A stretch of DNA of 64,000 nucleotides from Solirubrobacterales bacterium (GTDB lineage Bacteria > Actinomycetota > Thermoleophilia > Solirubrobacterales > 70-9). The notes beneath the pieces were generated by a model that worked only from the letters and a program-made list of their open reading frames with translations, made no database searches and had not been told where the DNA came from. The translations under genes and the position numbers were made by a program. Position 1 is the first letter of the stretch; each line of letters begins with the position of its first letter. The stretch is taken from the NCBI GenBank assembly GCA_035265465.1, contig DATFON010000065.1:262-64261 (forward strand), given 5' to 3'. Of the stretch, positions 34,150-42,977 are shown piece by piece.

Positions 34150-35286
34150 CTAGGCGAAGCCGAACGCGAGCACGAAGATCAGGTACACGGCGAGCAGCTG
34201 CACGCCCTCGAACCACGTCGATTCGCCCTCATGCGTCACGAAGTTGGCGATCAGGACCGCGAGCAGCATCGCCGCCATCTCGAATCCGTTGAAGACAAGC
34301 GGCATCGGCGCCGGACCGAGCACGAACGACGCCAGCACGAGGACCGGTGCGACGAACAACGCCACCTGGGCGCTCGACCCGATCGCGATGTTCACCGCCA
34401 GGTTCATCTTGTTCTTGTAGGCGACGAGCAGCGCGACCCAGTGCTCCGCGGCATTACCGACGATCGCGACCACCACCGCGCCGATGAAGAACTCGCTGAG
34501 CCCGATTGACTCCGACGCCTCGGCGATCGAACCCACCAGCACCTCCGACATGACGCCGACCGCCACCCCGGCGATCGCCAGCATCAATATCGAGCGCCGC
34601 GCCGACCAGTCGAACGCGGTCTTCTCGGCCTGCTCGTCCGGGGGATTGAAGATCGCTCGGTGGGTCTTCAGCGAGAAGACCAGGCCGGCGACGTAGACCC
34701 CGATGAGCACGATCGCCACGGCCAGGGACAGATGCTCCACGGTCGATCCGTAATCCACCCGCTCGACTCCGACCGAGGGCAGCCCGCTGCCCTCGACGAG
34801 CTCGAAGACCGCCGGCATGACGAGGGCGGCGGCGGCCAGGAAGACCATCAGCGACTGCACGTTCGCGGCCGTCGCGTTGAATCGCTGGCGGTCGCGACCG
34901 AGGCCGCCGACGAGCATCGCTCCGCCGAGCACGAGCAGGATGTTGCCGAGGATCGAGCCGATGATCGATGCCTTGACGACCTCGTGCAGACCGGACTCCA
35001 GTGCGAACAGAGCGATGATCAGCTCGGGTGCATTGCCGAAGGTGACGTTCAGCAGCCCCCCGATGCCCGGACCGGACCGGGCGGCAAGCTCCTCGGTGGC
35101 GATGCCCATGAGGGCAGCCGTCGGGATGATCCCCAGCGCCGCCGCGAAGAAGATCACGCTCGGCGATGCATGCGCGATGTCCAGGACAATCGCGATCGGG
35201 ATGAACGGCACCAGGAGGTAGGGCCACCCCTTGGCCGTGAGCAGGAATCGGGGACCCCGCACGCCTTCTGATCCAGCGTTGGCCAT
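34150..35286 (-). CDS. calcium/proton antiporter (CaCA family, ChaA/Cax-like)
   Basis: 378 aa. GNAPELIIALFA and GNAAEHWVALLVA alpha-repeats. Confidence 0.85.
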   Translation of the reverse strand: MANAGSEGVRGPRFLLTAKGWPYLLVPFIPIAIVLDIAHASPSVIFFAAALGIIPTAALMGIATEELAARSGPGIGGLLNVTFGNAPELIIALFALESGLHEVVKASIIGSILGNILLVLGGAMLVGGLGRDRQRFNATAANVQSLMVFLAAAALVMPAVFELVEGSGLPSVGVERVDYGSTVEHLSLAVAIVLIGVYVAGLVFSLKTHRAIFNPPDEQAEKTAFDWSARRSILMLAIAGVAVGVMSEVLVGSIAEASESIGLSEFFIGAVVVAIVGNAAEHWVALLVAYKNKMNLAVNIAIGSSAQVALFVAPVLVLASFVLGPAPMPLVFNGFEMAAMLLAVLIANFVTHEGESTWFEGVQLLAVYLIFVLAFGFA

Positions 35287-35344
35287 TCGCGCCGGGGGAG
35301 CCTATGGGGTCGGGCGGCTTTGGAGCTCATCTAGACTGGCCCGC

Positions 35345-36334
35345 GTGAGGACACGGCGTTTCGGCGACACCGACCTCGAGGCATCGGAGATCGGCTTCGG
35401 CACGTGGGCCCTCGGCTCGACCTGGTGGGGCGACGTCAGCGAGTCATCCGGTGAGCGCCTGCTGAAGCTGGCGCTCGACCTCGGAATCACCTTCTTCGAG
35501 ACCGGTGACGCGTACGGCCAGGGCGCAAACGAGGAGCTCGTGGGCCGGGTGCTGGCCCCTCACCGCGACCAGATCCAGCTGTCGACCAAGTTCGGCTACG
35601 TCCTCGACTCGGATCGCCAGCAGCACGCCGAAGGCGAGCGCCCGCAGCGCTGGGACGGTCCCTTCATTCGCGGGGCGCTGGAGGCAAGCCTGGTCCGCCT
35701 GGGAACCGATTGGGTCGACCTTTACCAGCTGCACAACCCGCGCATGGACGCGATCGATTCCGACGAGTGCTTCGCGACGCTCGAGGAGCTGCGCTCCGAG
35801 GGGAAGATCCGCCACTACGGCGTCGCCCTCGGTCCCGCGATCGGATGGCGAGAGGAGGGCCTACGAGCCACGGCCACCCGCGACATCGCGTCGGTTCAGA
35901 CCGTCTACAACCTGCTCGAGCAGGACCCTGGCCGCGACCTGATGGCGGCCGCGGCCGAGCACGGTGTCGGCGTGATGGCGCGTGTCCCCACCTCGTCGGG
36001 CCTGCTGGACGACAACCTGACCCTCGAGACGACTTTCGGCCCCGGGGACCACCGCCGCCACCGCCCGCATGAGTGGCTGGTCGAGGGGCTCGAGAAGATC
36101 GACCGGGTCCGTTTCCTCTGCGGCCCGGAGTCAGGTCGCACGATGGCGCAGGCCGCGCTTCGCTTCATCCTCGCCCAGCCGCAGATGACCGTCGTGATCC
36201 CGACGATCACGAACGAGGCCGAGCTGCGGGAGTACGCGGGTGCAGCCGGGGTACCGGATCTCAGCGCCGAGGAGCTCGCGCGCGTGGACGATCTCTACGC
36301 GCGCAACTTCGACGTCGAGCGAGTCTCGGCCTAG
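35345..36334 (+). CDS. aldo/keto reductase
   Basis: Start at in-frame GTG 35345 (VRTRRFGDTDLEASEIGFGTWALG). FETGDAYGQGANEE, LYQLHNP, IRHYGVA motifs. Confidence 0.85.
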   Translation: MRTRRFGDTDLEASEIGFGTWALGSTWWGDVSESSGERLLKLALDLGITFFETGDAYGQGANEELVGRVLAPHRDQIQLSTKFGYVLDSDRQQHAEGERPQRWDGPFIRGALEASLVRLGTDWVDLYQLHNPRMDAIDSDECFATLEELRSEGKIRHYGVALGPAIGWREEGLRATATRDIASVQTVYNLLEQDPGRDLMAAAAEHGVGVMARVPTSSGLLDDNLTLETTFGPGDHRRHRPHEWLVEGLEKIDRVRFLCGPESGRTMAQAALRFILAQPQMTVVIPTITNEAELREYAGAAGVPDLSAEELARVDDLYARNFDVERVSA

Positions 36335-36346
36335 CGAGTGCGGAAG

Positions 36347-36366
36347 GCCGCGACTCTAGTCGCGGC
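36347..36366. terminator. hairpin GCCGCGAC-TCTA-GTCGCGGC between convergent genes
   Basis: Perfect 8-bp stem 13 nt after the AKR stop. Confidence 0.45.
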
Positions 36367-36378
36367 ACTGGCATGTCC

Positions 36379-36393
36379 GGCGGCGAAGCCGCC
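36379..36393 (+). terminator. hairpin GGCGGC-GAA-GCCGCC followed by GCAATTTGTT
   Basis: 6-bp GC stem with a T-containing tail on the plus strand. Second hairpin of the convergent gap. Confidence 0.35.
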
Positions 36394-36401
36394 GCAATTT
36401 G

Positions 36402-37457
36402 TTACTGCAGCTTCGAGGCGCAGGCGCTGACCTTGGCCGGGTCCGAGCCTGCCTTCTGCACGCACTTGAAGTAAGCCGGGTTGGCTCCGCCGCCGCCGCT
36501 CGCGCCGCCGGGGAACGAGAACCCGCCCGTGCTGCCACCAGCACCCGGCAGGCCGGGAAGCCCGAACTGGCCGAGCAGATCCGACAGCGGCTTCGCGTTG
36601 GACGGCGCGGTGATCGTCTGCGGCTCGTTGACATCGCTGAGGGCCACCGAGAAGTCGACGTCCACACTCGACACCGTTGCACCCGTGCCCGCGGGCGGAG
36701 TGATCGAGAGCGTCAGCGCCAGCTTGCGCAGCAGGTGGTCATCGGTGCCCGAGTAGACGTCGATCGACGCATCCTGCACCGAGCTCTTCAGTTGATCGAT
36801 CTGCTCCGGGGTGATCTGCGATGTCGTTGCGCCGCCCGTCTGCTGCGAGATCTTCTGAAGGTCGGAGACGATCTGCCCCACGTCGGCGTCGCCGTGAATC
36901 TGGATCGCGTCGGCCCCGTCGACGTCGGTCGTGCCCTCGTTGGTCACATTGGTGAGCCAGGTGCTCGGGTCGATGCCGAACTGGCTGAAGACATTCTCTC
37001 CGCTCTTCGACTGGTTCTGCTTCGCGGCCTGCGCGTAGGCCTGCGCGAACTGTTGGTAGGCGTCGGTTCCCACCTCGTAGGCCTGATCCTGATACTCGAC
37101 GAAGGCGTTGTCCTTGGTGGTGATCAGGGAGCCGTCGAAGCTGATGGTGGGCCCGCCACCGGAGGCGCTGACGTTCGCCGTGAGGTCGAGCTCGGGGAAC
37201 GCGGTCTGGTCGCTGGCGGTCTGGAACGGGCCGGAGATGGAGGCCGAGAAGTCGCCGGACTGATCGCCCTGCGCGGATCCACTGACGCTGATGTCCAGGT
37301 TGCCACTGGTGATCTTCGTCGGATTGTTGAAGGTCTCGTCGAGGACCTTCTGCGGGTCCTCGTCATTGCTGCTGCTACCGCCACCACAGCCGGCGACGAC
37401 TGCTGGAATTGCCAGGGCGATCGCCAGCACGGCGACAGCGGTTCGAATGCGCGTCAA
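36402..37457 (-). CDS. lipoprotein, function unknown
   Basis: 351 aa. MTRIRTAVAVLAIALAIPAVVAGCGGGSSS lipobox. S/T/D/Q-rich mature part. No family recognised. Confidence 0.55.
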   Translation of the reverse strand: MTRIRTAVAVLAIALAIPAVVAGCGGGSSSNDEDPQKVLDETFNNPTKITSGNLDISVSGSAQGDQSGDFSASISGPFQTASDQTAFPELDLTANVSASGGGPTISFDGSLITTKDNAFVEYQDQAYEVGTDAYQQFAQAYAQAAKQNQSKSGENVFSQFGIDPSTWLTNVTNEGTTDVDGADAIQIHGDADVGQIVSDLQKISQQTGGATTSQITPEQIDQLKSSVQDASIDVYSGTDDHLLRKLALTLSITPPAGTGATVSSVDVDFSVALSDVNEPQTITAPSNAKPLSDLLGQFGLPGLPGAGGSTGGFSFPGGASGGGGANPAYFKCVQKAGSDPAKVSACASKLQ

Positions 37458-37562
37458 GTGGAGTTCCCCCTACTCTCGGACTTCAGTGAGCGGGCCAGGG
37501 TACAGGACTGCCATAAAGCGGTCGGCTTCACGCCGGAGTCCTAGCGGTAGTCTCAGCCGTTC

Positions 37563-38801
37563 GTGGGGACCCCCCGAATCATCCTCTACACAGGCAAGGG
37601 CGGCGTCGGCAAGACCAGCGTCGCCGCCGCGACGGCGCGGCGCTGCGCCGCAGCCGGACAGCGAACCGTGGTGCTCTCCACGGATCCTGCGCACAGCCTC
37701 TCCGACTCCCTCTGCACGCCGCTCGGTGCGGAGCCGACGCGCGTCGGTCGGGGCCTGTACGGACAGGAGGTCCAGGCGCAGAGGGAGATGGAAGCGCATT
37801 GGGGCGCGGTGCAGAAGTGGCTCGGGCAGCTCCTGGCGGACCGCGGCGTCATGGATGTCGCGGCCGAGGAGCTGACCGTCCCGCCGGGCATGGACGAGCT
37901 CTTCAGCCTCCTTCAGATCAAGCGCCATCACGCGTCGGGGGAGTTCGACGCGATCGTCGTCGACTGCGCACCCACCGGTGAGACGCTTCGCCTCCTCTCC
38001 TTTCCGGAGATCGCCCGGTGGTGGCTCGAGAAGGTCTTCCCGTGGGAGCGGCGCATGGTCGCCGCAGCGCGGCCGTGGGCGCGGACGCTCCTCGACCTCG
38101 AGCTGCCCAGCCAGGAGGTCTTCGCCGACGTCCATCGCCTGGTTCGGAACCTGATCGCGATGAACGAGATCCTCCAGGACCGCGCGCGGGCGACGATCCG
38201 CTTGGTCATGAACCCTGATCGGATGGTGATCCTCGAGGCTCAGCGAACGTTCACCTACCTGAACCTGTACGGGTATCTGACCGACGCCGTGATCGTCAAC
38301 CGGGTCTTCCCGGACGACGTCGAGGATGGTTACTTCGGCGCCTGGCGCGAGCGCCAGCAGAAGCACCTGGGGTTGGTCGAGGAGGGTTTCGGGCCGGTTC
38401 CGGTCCTGACGGCGCGCTACTTCGACCAGGAGGTCATCGGCGGCGAGATGCTCGATCGCTTGGCGGGGGAGCTCTTCGCCGAGCACGCTCCGGAGGACGT
38501 TCTGCACACGGAGCTGGCCCACGACATCACGAGCGCCGACGGCCGCACGGTTCTTCGCCTGCGGATGCCGTTCGCCGAGCGCGGCGACGTGGGCTTGAAG
38601 AAGGTCGGGTCCGAGCTCGTGGTCACGGTCGGCCACGAAAAGCGGACTATCATCCTGCCCTCCGCCCTCGCCCGCCAGCGCCCCAATGGGGCCAGGCTCG
38701 AGGGCGGCTCGCTCGAGGTGAGCTTCGAGGATGGCCGATCCCCAAGAGCACAGCCGCATCCCCAAGGGCGAGACGCCCGGCGCGCCCCCGAGCCGGTCTG
38801 A
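37563..38801 (+). CDS. ArsA/Get3-family (anion-transporting-type) ATPase
   Basis: 412 aa, GTG start. Deviant Walker A YTGKGGVGKTSVAAATA, STDPAHSLSD, VVDCAPTGETLRLL. Confidence 0.8.
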   Translation: MGTPRIILYTGKGGVGKTSVAAATARRCAAAGQRTVVLSTDPAHSLSDSLCTPLGAEPTRVGRGLYGQEVQAQREMEAHWGAVQKWLGQLLADRGVMDVAAEELTVPPGMDELFSLLQIKRHHASGEFDAIVVDCAPTGETLRLLSFPEIARWWLEKVFPWERRMVAAARPWARTLLDLELPSQEVFADVHRLVRNLIAMNEILQDRARATIRLVMNPDRMVILEAQRTFTYLNLYGYLTDAVIVNRVFPDDVEDGYFGAWRERQQKHLGLVEEGFGPVPVLTARYFDQEVIGGEMLDRLAGELFAEHAPEDVLHTELAHDITSADGRTVLRLRMPFAERGDVGLKKVGSELVVTVGHEKRTIILPSALARQRPNGARLEGGSLEVSFEDGRSPRAQPHPQGRDARRAPEPV

Positions 38802-39015
38802 GGCGAATCACCCGATCGAATGCGTCGAGTGGTGCCCGATCTGCCGGGCGGCCGACGTCGTCCGCGCGACGGCTCCCCCGGAGCTGCGAGACCAGTGGCA
38901 GTCCGTCCAGCGCGAGGCCCTCTTGACGACCCGCGCCCTCATCGACACCTATCTGGAACGCCTGGACACCGAACCCGACCGCGGCCCGCGAGTGCAGGAC
39001 ATCCCGATCGAGTAG
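38731..39015 (+). CDS. small Cys-motif protein downstream of ArsA-like ATPase
   Basis: 94 aa. ECVEWCPICRA (CxxxCxxC). GAGG immediately before ATG. Overlaps the ArsA-like ORF tail by 71 nt in another frame, so one of the two boundaries is uncertain. Confidence 0.45.
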   Translation: MADPQEHSRIPKGETPGAPPSRSEANHPIECVEWCPICRAADVVRATAPPELRDQWQSVQREALLTTRALIDTYLERLDTEPDRGPRVQDIPIE

Positions 39016-39066
39016 GTCGCTGGGGCTCAAAAACAGGGCACCGAGGGAGGGGCCGCGGCCGGAATT

Positions 39067-39101
39067 GACGCCTTACGCCCGCATAGCGGCAATAAGGCGT
39101 C
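39067..39101 (+). repeat. hairpin with CGC-ATA-GCG apex (copy 3), nested inside a larger 39024..39154 inverted repeat
   Basis: GACGCCTTA-CGCC-CGCATAGCG-GCAA-TAAGGCGTC. Outer arms GGCTCAAAAACAGGGCACCGAGGG (39024-39047) and CCCTGGGTGCCCTCTTTGAGCC (39133-39154). Confidence 0.5.
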
Positions 39102-39250
39102 GAAAGTGGATTGGCAGCGCCAGGACCGATTGCCCTGGGTGCCCTCTTTGAGCCGTTGGCGGAACGCGCTCGGCCCCGGGCGTTCGCCGATCCGTTGCAC
39201 GCGTGACGAATCTCACGTAACGGCTGTGCCCGCCACGTATCGTTCGTGAC

Positions 39251-42200
39251 GTGGCTGGACAGGTTTGCGGCAGCTGCGGTACGCAGAATCCGGAGGGGGC
39301 GCGCTTCTGCATGTCATGCGGCGCGCCGCTCGCCACGAGATGTCCTTCCTGTGGCGCAGAGAGCCCACCCGGCGCCAAGTTCTGCGTCCAGTGCGGCACC
39401 TCGCTGAGCGCGAGCGGCGCCGCGCCACGCGGCGCAAGGCCTGCGGCTCCGCCAGCGCAGCCCTCGGGCGCGCCCGGTGGGCAGGGCAGAGGGCTCTTCG
39501 GCGGGCAGATCCCAGGTGGCGGCGCCGGGTGGGGACCGGCCGGATCGCTGCCGGAGGAGCGACGCAACGCCACGGTTCTGTTCGCGGACCTGTCGGGCTA
39601 CACCGCCGTAGCCGAGCGACTCGATCCCGAGGCCGTGAAGTCGTTCGTCGACCGCGCGCTGCGGCGGCTCGGGCAGGAGGTTGTCCGCTACGGCGGCACG
39701 GTCGACAAGTACATCGGCGACAACGTGATGGCGGTCTTCGGCGCTCCGGTGTCGCACGAGGACGATCCCGAGCGCGCGGTCCGTGCCGGCCTCGCGATGC
39801 AGGCGGCCATGGACGAGATCAACACGGACATCGAGGCCGCCACCGGGGTTCGCTTCTCGCTTCGCGTGGGAATCAACTCGGGCGAGGTGCTGGCTGGACA
39901 GGTGGGCGACGGCTACACCGTGATCGGCGACGTCGTGAACGTCGCTTCGCGGCTTCAGTCAGCCGCGCGCCCCGGGAGCGTGACGGTGGGCGAGACGACG
40001 CACCGACTGACCCGTGGCCCGATCGAATACGAGGAGCTGAAGCCGCTGAGCTTGAAGGGCAAGGCCGAGCCCGTGCCGGCGTGGGAGGCGGTGCGGCTAC
40101 TCGTGTCCGGGACCGCGGCCCGGGGATCCCGCAGCGCGGCGCCGCTCATCGGGCGTGAGGACGAATCGTCGCTTCTTCTGTCGCTCTTCGATCGCGTGGT
40201 TCGCGAGGGCCGTCCGCATCTCGTCACTGTCATCGGCCAGGCGGGAGTCGGCAAGACGCGCTTGCTGCGCGAGTTCGCGACGCGGGTCGCGGAGCGCGAG
40301 CAGATGGCGGCGTTCCGCGTCGGGCACTGCCCGGCATACGGCGCCCGGCTCGCGTACTGGGCGCTTGGCGAGATCATTCGCGGTCAGTTCGAGATCGTCG
40401 ACACCGACGACTCCCAACTCGCGTGGGCCAAGCTGCTGCACGGGATCGAGGCGGTCAGCACGAAGCTCGAAACGGACGAGCCGCCCGAGCGCCTGGCGGC
40501 CACGATCGCCCGCCCGCTCGGGATCGAGCCGCCGGCCGACCTGGCGATCGCGACCGGGCTCCACGACGCCGAGGATCCGCAGCAGATGCGCGACCGCCTG
40601 TTCTCGGCGGTTCGATCGCTGGTCGAGGCGGCAAGCAAGCGCTGGCCAGTCGTGATCGCGATCGAGGACATCCACTGGGCCGACGAGGGAATGCTCGACC
40701 TGATCGATTACATGGCGCGCTGGATCCGCGGGCCAGCGCTGATCGTCTGCCTGGCGCGCGACGAGCTCCTGGAGCGACGGCCGGGCTGGGGCGGCGGGCG
40801 CCGCAACTACACGACCATCGCCCTCGAGCCGCTCTCGCAGGGCGAGACGCGCGAGCTCGTCACCGCCCTCCTCCCCGGCGGGAATGGCAGCTCCGCGAAC
40901 GGGCATGGCGACCTGATTCCGCAGGTGGCCGAGCGATCCGCAGGCAATCCCCTCTTCGTCGAGGAGATGGTGAACCGGATCCGCGAGGAGGGATCAAAGG
41001 ACGTCCAGACTCTTCCGGAGTCCGTCCACGCGGTCCTCGCCGCGCGCCTCGACTCGCTGTCGGCGCCTGAGCGACGGGTCCTCCAGCACGCCTCGGTCGT
41101 CGGGCAGACGTTCTGGGACGGCTCGCTGGTCGGCCTCGAGGATGAGGAGGGAATCGACCTCTCCGACGCGCTCAACGAATTGGAGGAGAAGGACCTCGTC
41201 GTGTCGAGCCCGGGGAGTCGGCTCGCCGGCGAGCACGAGTACGTGTTCAAGCACGTCCTGATCCGGGACGTCGCCTACTCCACCCTGCCGAAGGTGGTGC
41301 GCGCCCGAAGGCACGCGCAGGTCGCCGCATTCATCGAGGAGCGCGCGGCCGAGCGATCCGAGGGCGTCGTGGCGATGGTCGCCGACCACTACGGACGCGC
41401 CGCAGCGCTCGGCGCGGATGCCGACGTTGGTTCGGCCGAGCTCCAGGCGATCAACGCCAAGGCCCTGGGGGCCCTCGAGAGCGCGGGCGACGCCGCGGCA
41501 TCGCTCTACTCGAACCAGGAGGCGATCGGCCACTACGAGACGGCGCTCTCGCTGGGTCGCGAGCTGGACTCGTCCGGGTCCGATCCCTCCACCCGCGCGG
41601 GCATCGCCGAGAAGCTTGGCGACGTCGCGCTCCGCCTGGGCCGGGTCGACCAGGCGACGGAGGTCTGGGGGGAATGCCTCGATTACCACCGGCGCCAGGA
41701 GGACCTCGCGAGGGTTGGGGATCTGCACCGCAAGATCGGCGCCGGCCTGTGGCACAAGGGCGATCGCGAGGGCTCGATCGAGCACTACCAAAAGGGCATC
41801 GACCTGCTGAAGGACGGCCCGGCGTGTCTGGAGCTGGTCAGGCTCTACGAGGAGGCCGCCTCGCTGTACATGCACACGGGCGATAACATGCTCGCGATCT
41901 ATGCATCCGAGAAGGCGCTGCGCCTTGCGGAGCGCCTTGGCGAGGCCGGGGCCGCGAGTCGCGCTCACGGGATCTTCGGCCGGGTGTTCGGCCGGATCGG
42001 CGACTCCGAGCGTGCCCGCCAGAATCTGGAGCGCTCCGTGGAGCTCGCGAGGGACTCCGATCCTGGAGAGGCGGTCCGCGCGCTGCTCACGCTGGGCTAC
42101 CACCTGGAGGTGTCGGAGGCCGACTACGAGGGCGCCGGGGCCGCCTATCGCGAGGCGCTGGAGCTTGCCGAGCAGACCGGCGATCTGCCATCCAAGGTCG

Positions 42201-42934
42201 AGCTCCACGCTGCGCTCGCCCAGCTCGCGGCCCACGGTGGCAACTGGGAAGTGGTCGCGCTCGAGGCAGATGCCTCCGGGAGCCTCGCGGAGCGCGAGGG
42301 CCTCACGGGCAAGATGTGCTTCCCCTACATGATGCAGGGCATGCTCCGCTGGCGCGAGGGCAATTTCGACGAGGCGGCCAAGGGGCTTCGCCGCGCCGCC
42401 GAGCTCGCCGAGCAGGTCGGACGCTCCGAGGTCGCGTTCCAGTCGCTCTACTGGCTGGCCGCGTCGCTTCGCCAGCGGGGCGATCACGCCGACGCCGACA
42501 CGGAGCTTGCCCGCGCCCTCGACCTCTGCGAGCGTGCCGGGCTGGTGGCCCAGTCGATCGAGGCGATCTCCGCCCGCGCCGTGAACCTCGCCCTGGCCGG
42601 ACGCCTGGACGCCGCTCGAGAGGCGGCCGACGAGGCCGAGCGCCTCGCCGACAGGCTGCGTTACCCGGTCGGGAAGGCGGCGAGCCTGGAGGCCCGCGGA
42701 GCGGTCGCCGCGGATACCGCGACTGCAAGCGTCGCCCTGACGGATGCGTACGCCGCCTGGCTGGAGCTTGGGCGCCCGCTTGACGCCGCACGGTGCGAGT
42801 ACCTGCGGGGCAGATTGCTGCGGGAATCCGATCCCGAGGAGGCCCGCCGCGCCCTCGAGGCGGCAGCCTCGGCGGCGGAGGACTACGGCGTCGGTCACCT
42901 GGCGTCGCTGGCTCGCGATTTGATTCCCGCCTGA
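39251..42934 (+). CDS. double zinc-ribbon / class III adenylate-guanylate cyclase / STAND-type AAA NTPase / TPR-repeat protein
   Basis: 1227 aa, GTG start.
- Zinc ribbons: CGSCGTQNPEGARFCMSCG and CPSCGAESPPGAKFCVQCG.
- Cyclase core: VLFADLSGYT...KYIGDNVMAVFGAP...VGINSGEV...IGDVVNVASRLQS.
- Walker A: GQAGVGKT (aa ~329-336).
- Walker B-like: VVIAIEDIHWADE.
- C-terminal ~450 aa: TPR-like helical repeats. Confidence 0.88.
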   Translation: MAGQVCGSCGTQNPEGARFCMSCGAPLATRCPSCGAESPPGAKFCVQCGTSLSASGAAPRGARPAAPPAQPSGAPGGQGRGLFGGQIPGGGAGWGPAGSLPEERRNATVLFADLSGYTAVAERLDPEAVKSFVDRALRRLGQEVVRYGGTVDKYIGDNVMAVFGAPVSHEDDPERAVRAGLAMQAAMDEINTDIEAATGVRFSLRVGINSGEVLAGQVGDGYTVIGDVVNVASRLQSAARPGSVTVGETTHRLTRGPIEYEELKPLSLKGKAEPVPAWEAVRLLVSGTAARGSRSAAPLIGREDESSLLLSLFDRVVREGRPHLVTVIGQAGVGKTRLLREFATRVAEREQMAAFRVGHCPAYGARLAYWALGEIIRGQFEIVDTDDSQLAWAKLLHGIEAVSTKLETDEPPERLAATIARPLGIEPPADLAIATGLHDAEDPQQMRDRLFSAVRSLVEAASKRWPVVIAIEDIHWADEGMLDLIDYMARWIRGPALIVCLARDELLERRPGWGGGRRNYTTIALEPLSQGETRELVTALLPGGNGSSANGHGDLIPQVAERSAGNPLFVEEMVNRIREEGSKDVQTLPESVHAVLAARLDSLSAPERRVLQHASVVGQTFWDGSLVGLEDEEGIDLSDALNELEEKDLVVSSPGSRLAGEHEYVFKHVLIRDVAYSTLPKVVRARRHAQVAAFIEERAAERSEGVVAMVADHYGRAAALGADADVGSAELQAINAKALGALESAGDAAASLYSNQEAIGHYETALSLGRELDSSGSDPSTRAGIAEKLGDVALRLGRVDQATEVWGECLDYHRRQEDLARVGDLHRKIGAGLWHKGDREGSIEHYQKGIDLLKDGPACLELVRLYEEAASLYMHTGDNMLAIYASEKALRLAERLGEAGAASRAHGIFGRVFGRIGDSERARQNLERSVELARDSDPGEAVRALLTLGYHLEVSEADYEGAGAAYREALELAEQTGDLPSKVELHAALAQLAAHGGNWEVVALEADASGSLAEREGLTGKMCFPYMMQGMLRWREGNFDEAAKGLRRAAELAEQVGRSEVAFQSLYWLAASLRQRGDHADADTELARALDLCERAGLVAQSIEAISARAVNLALAGRLDAAREAADEAERLADRLRYPVGKAASLEARGAVAADTATASVALTDAYAAWLELGRPLDAARCEYLRGRLLRESDPEEARRALEAAASAAEDYGVGHLASLARDLIPA

Positions 42935-42977
42935 CCAGCATGTTTCGGGCCTGACGGCCCCTCATTAACATCACTGC

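Noticed and set aside
37470-38765. 431-aa minus-strand ORF
   Set aside because: It is antisense to the ArsA/Get3-like ATPase, whose P-loop and switch motifs are clear on the plus strand.
40994-42898. 634-aa minus-strand ORF, plus 40097..40906 and 39073..39573
   Set aside because: They are antisense to the 1227-aa cyclase/STAND gene. They have no motifs and a typical high-GC shadow-ORF composition.
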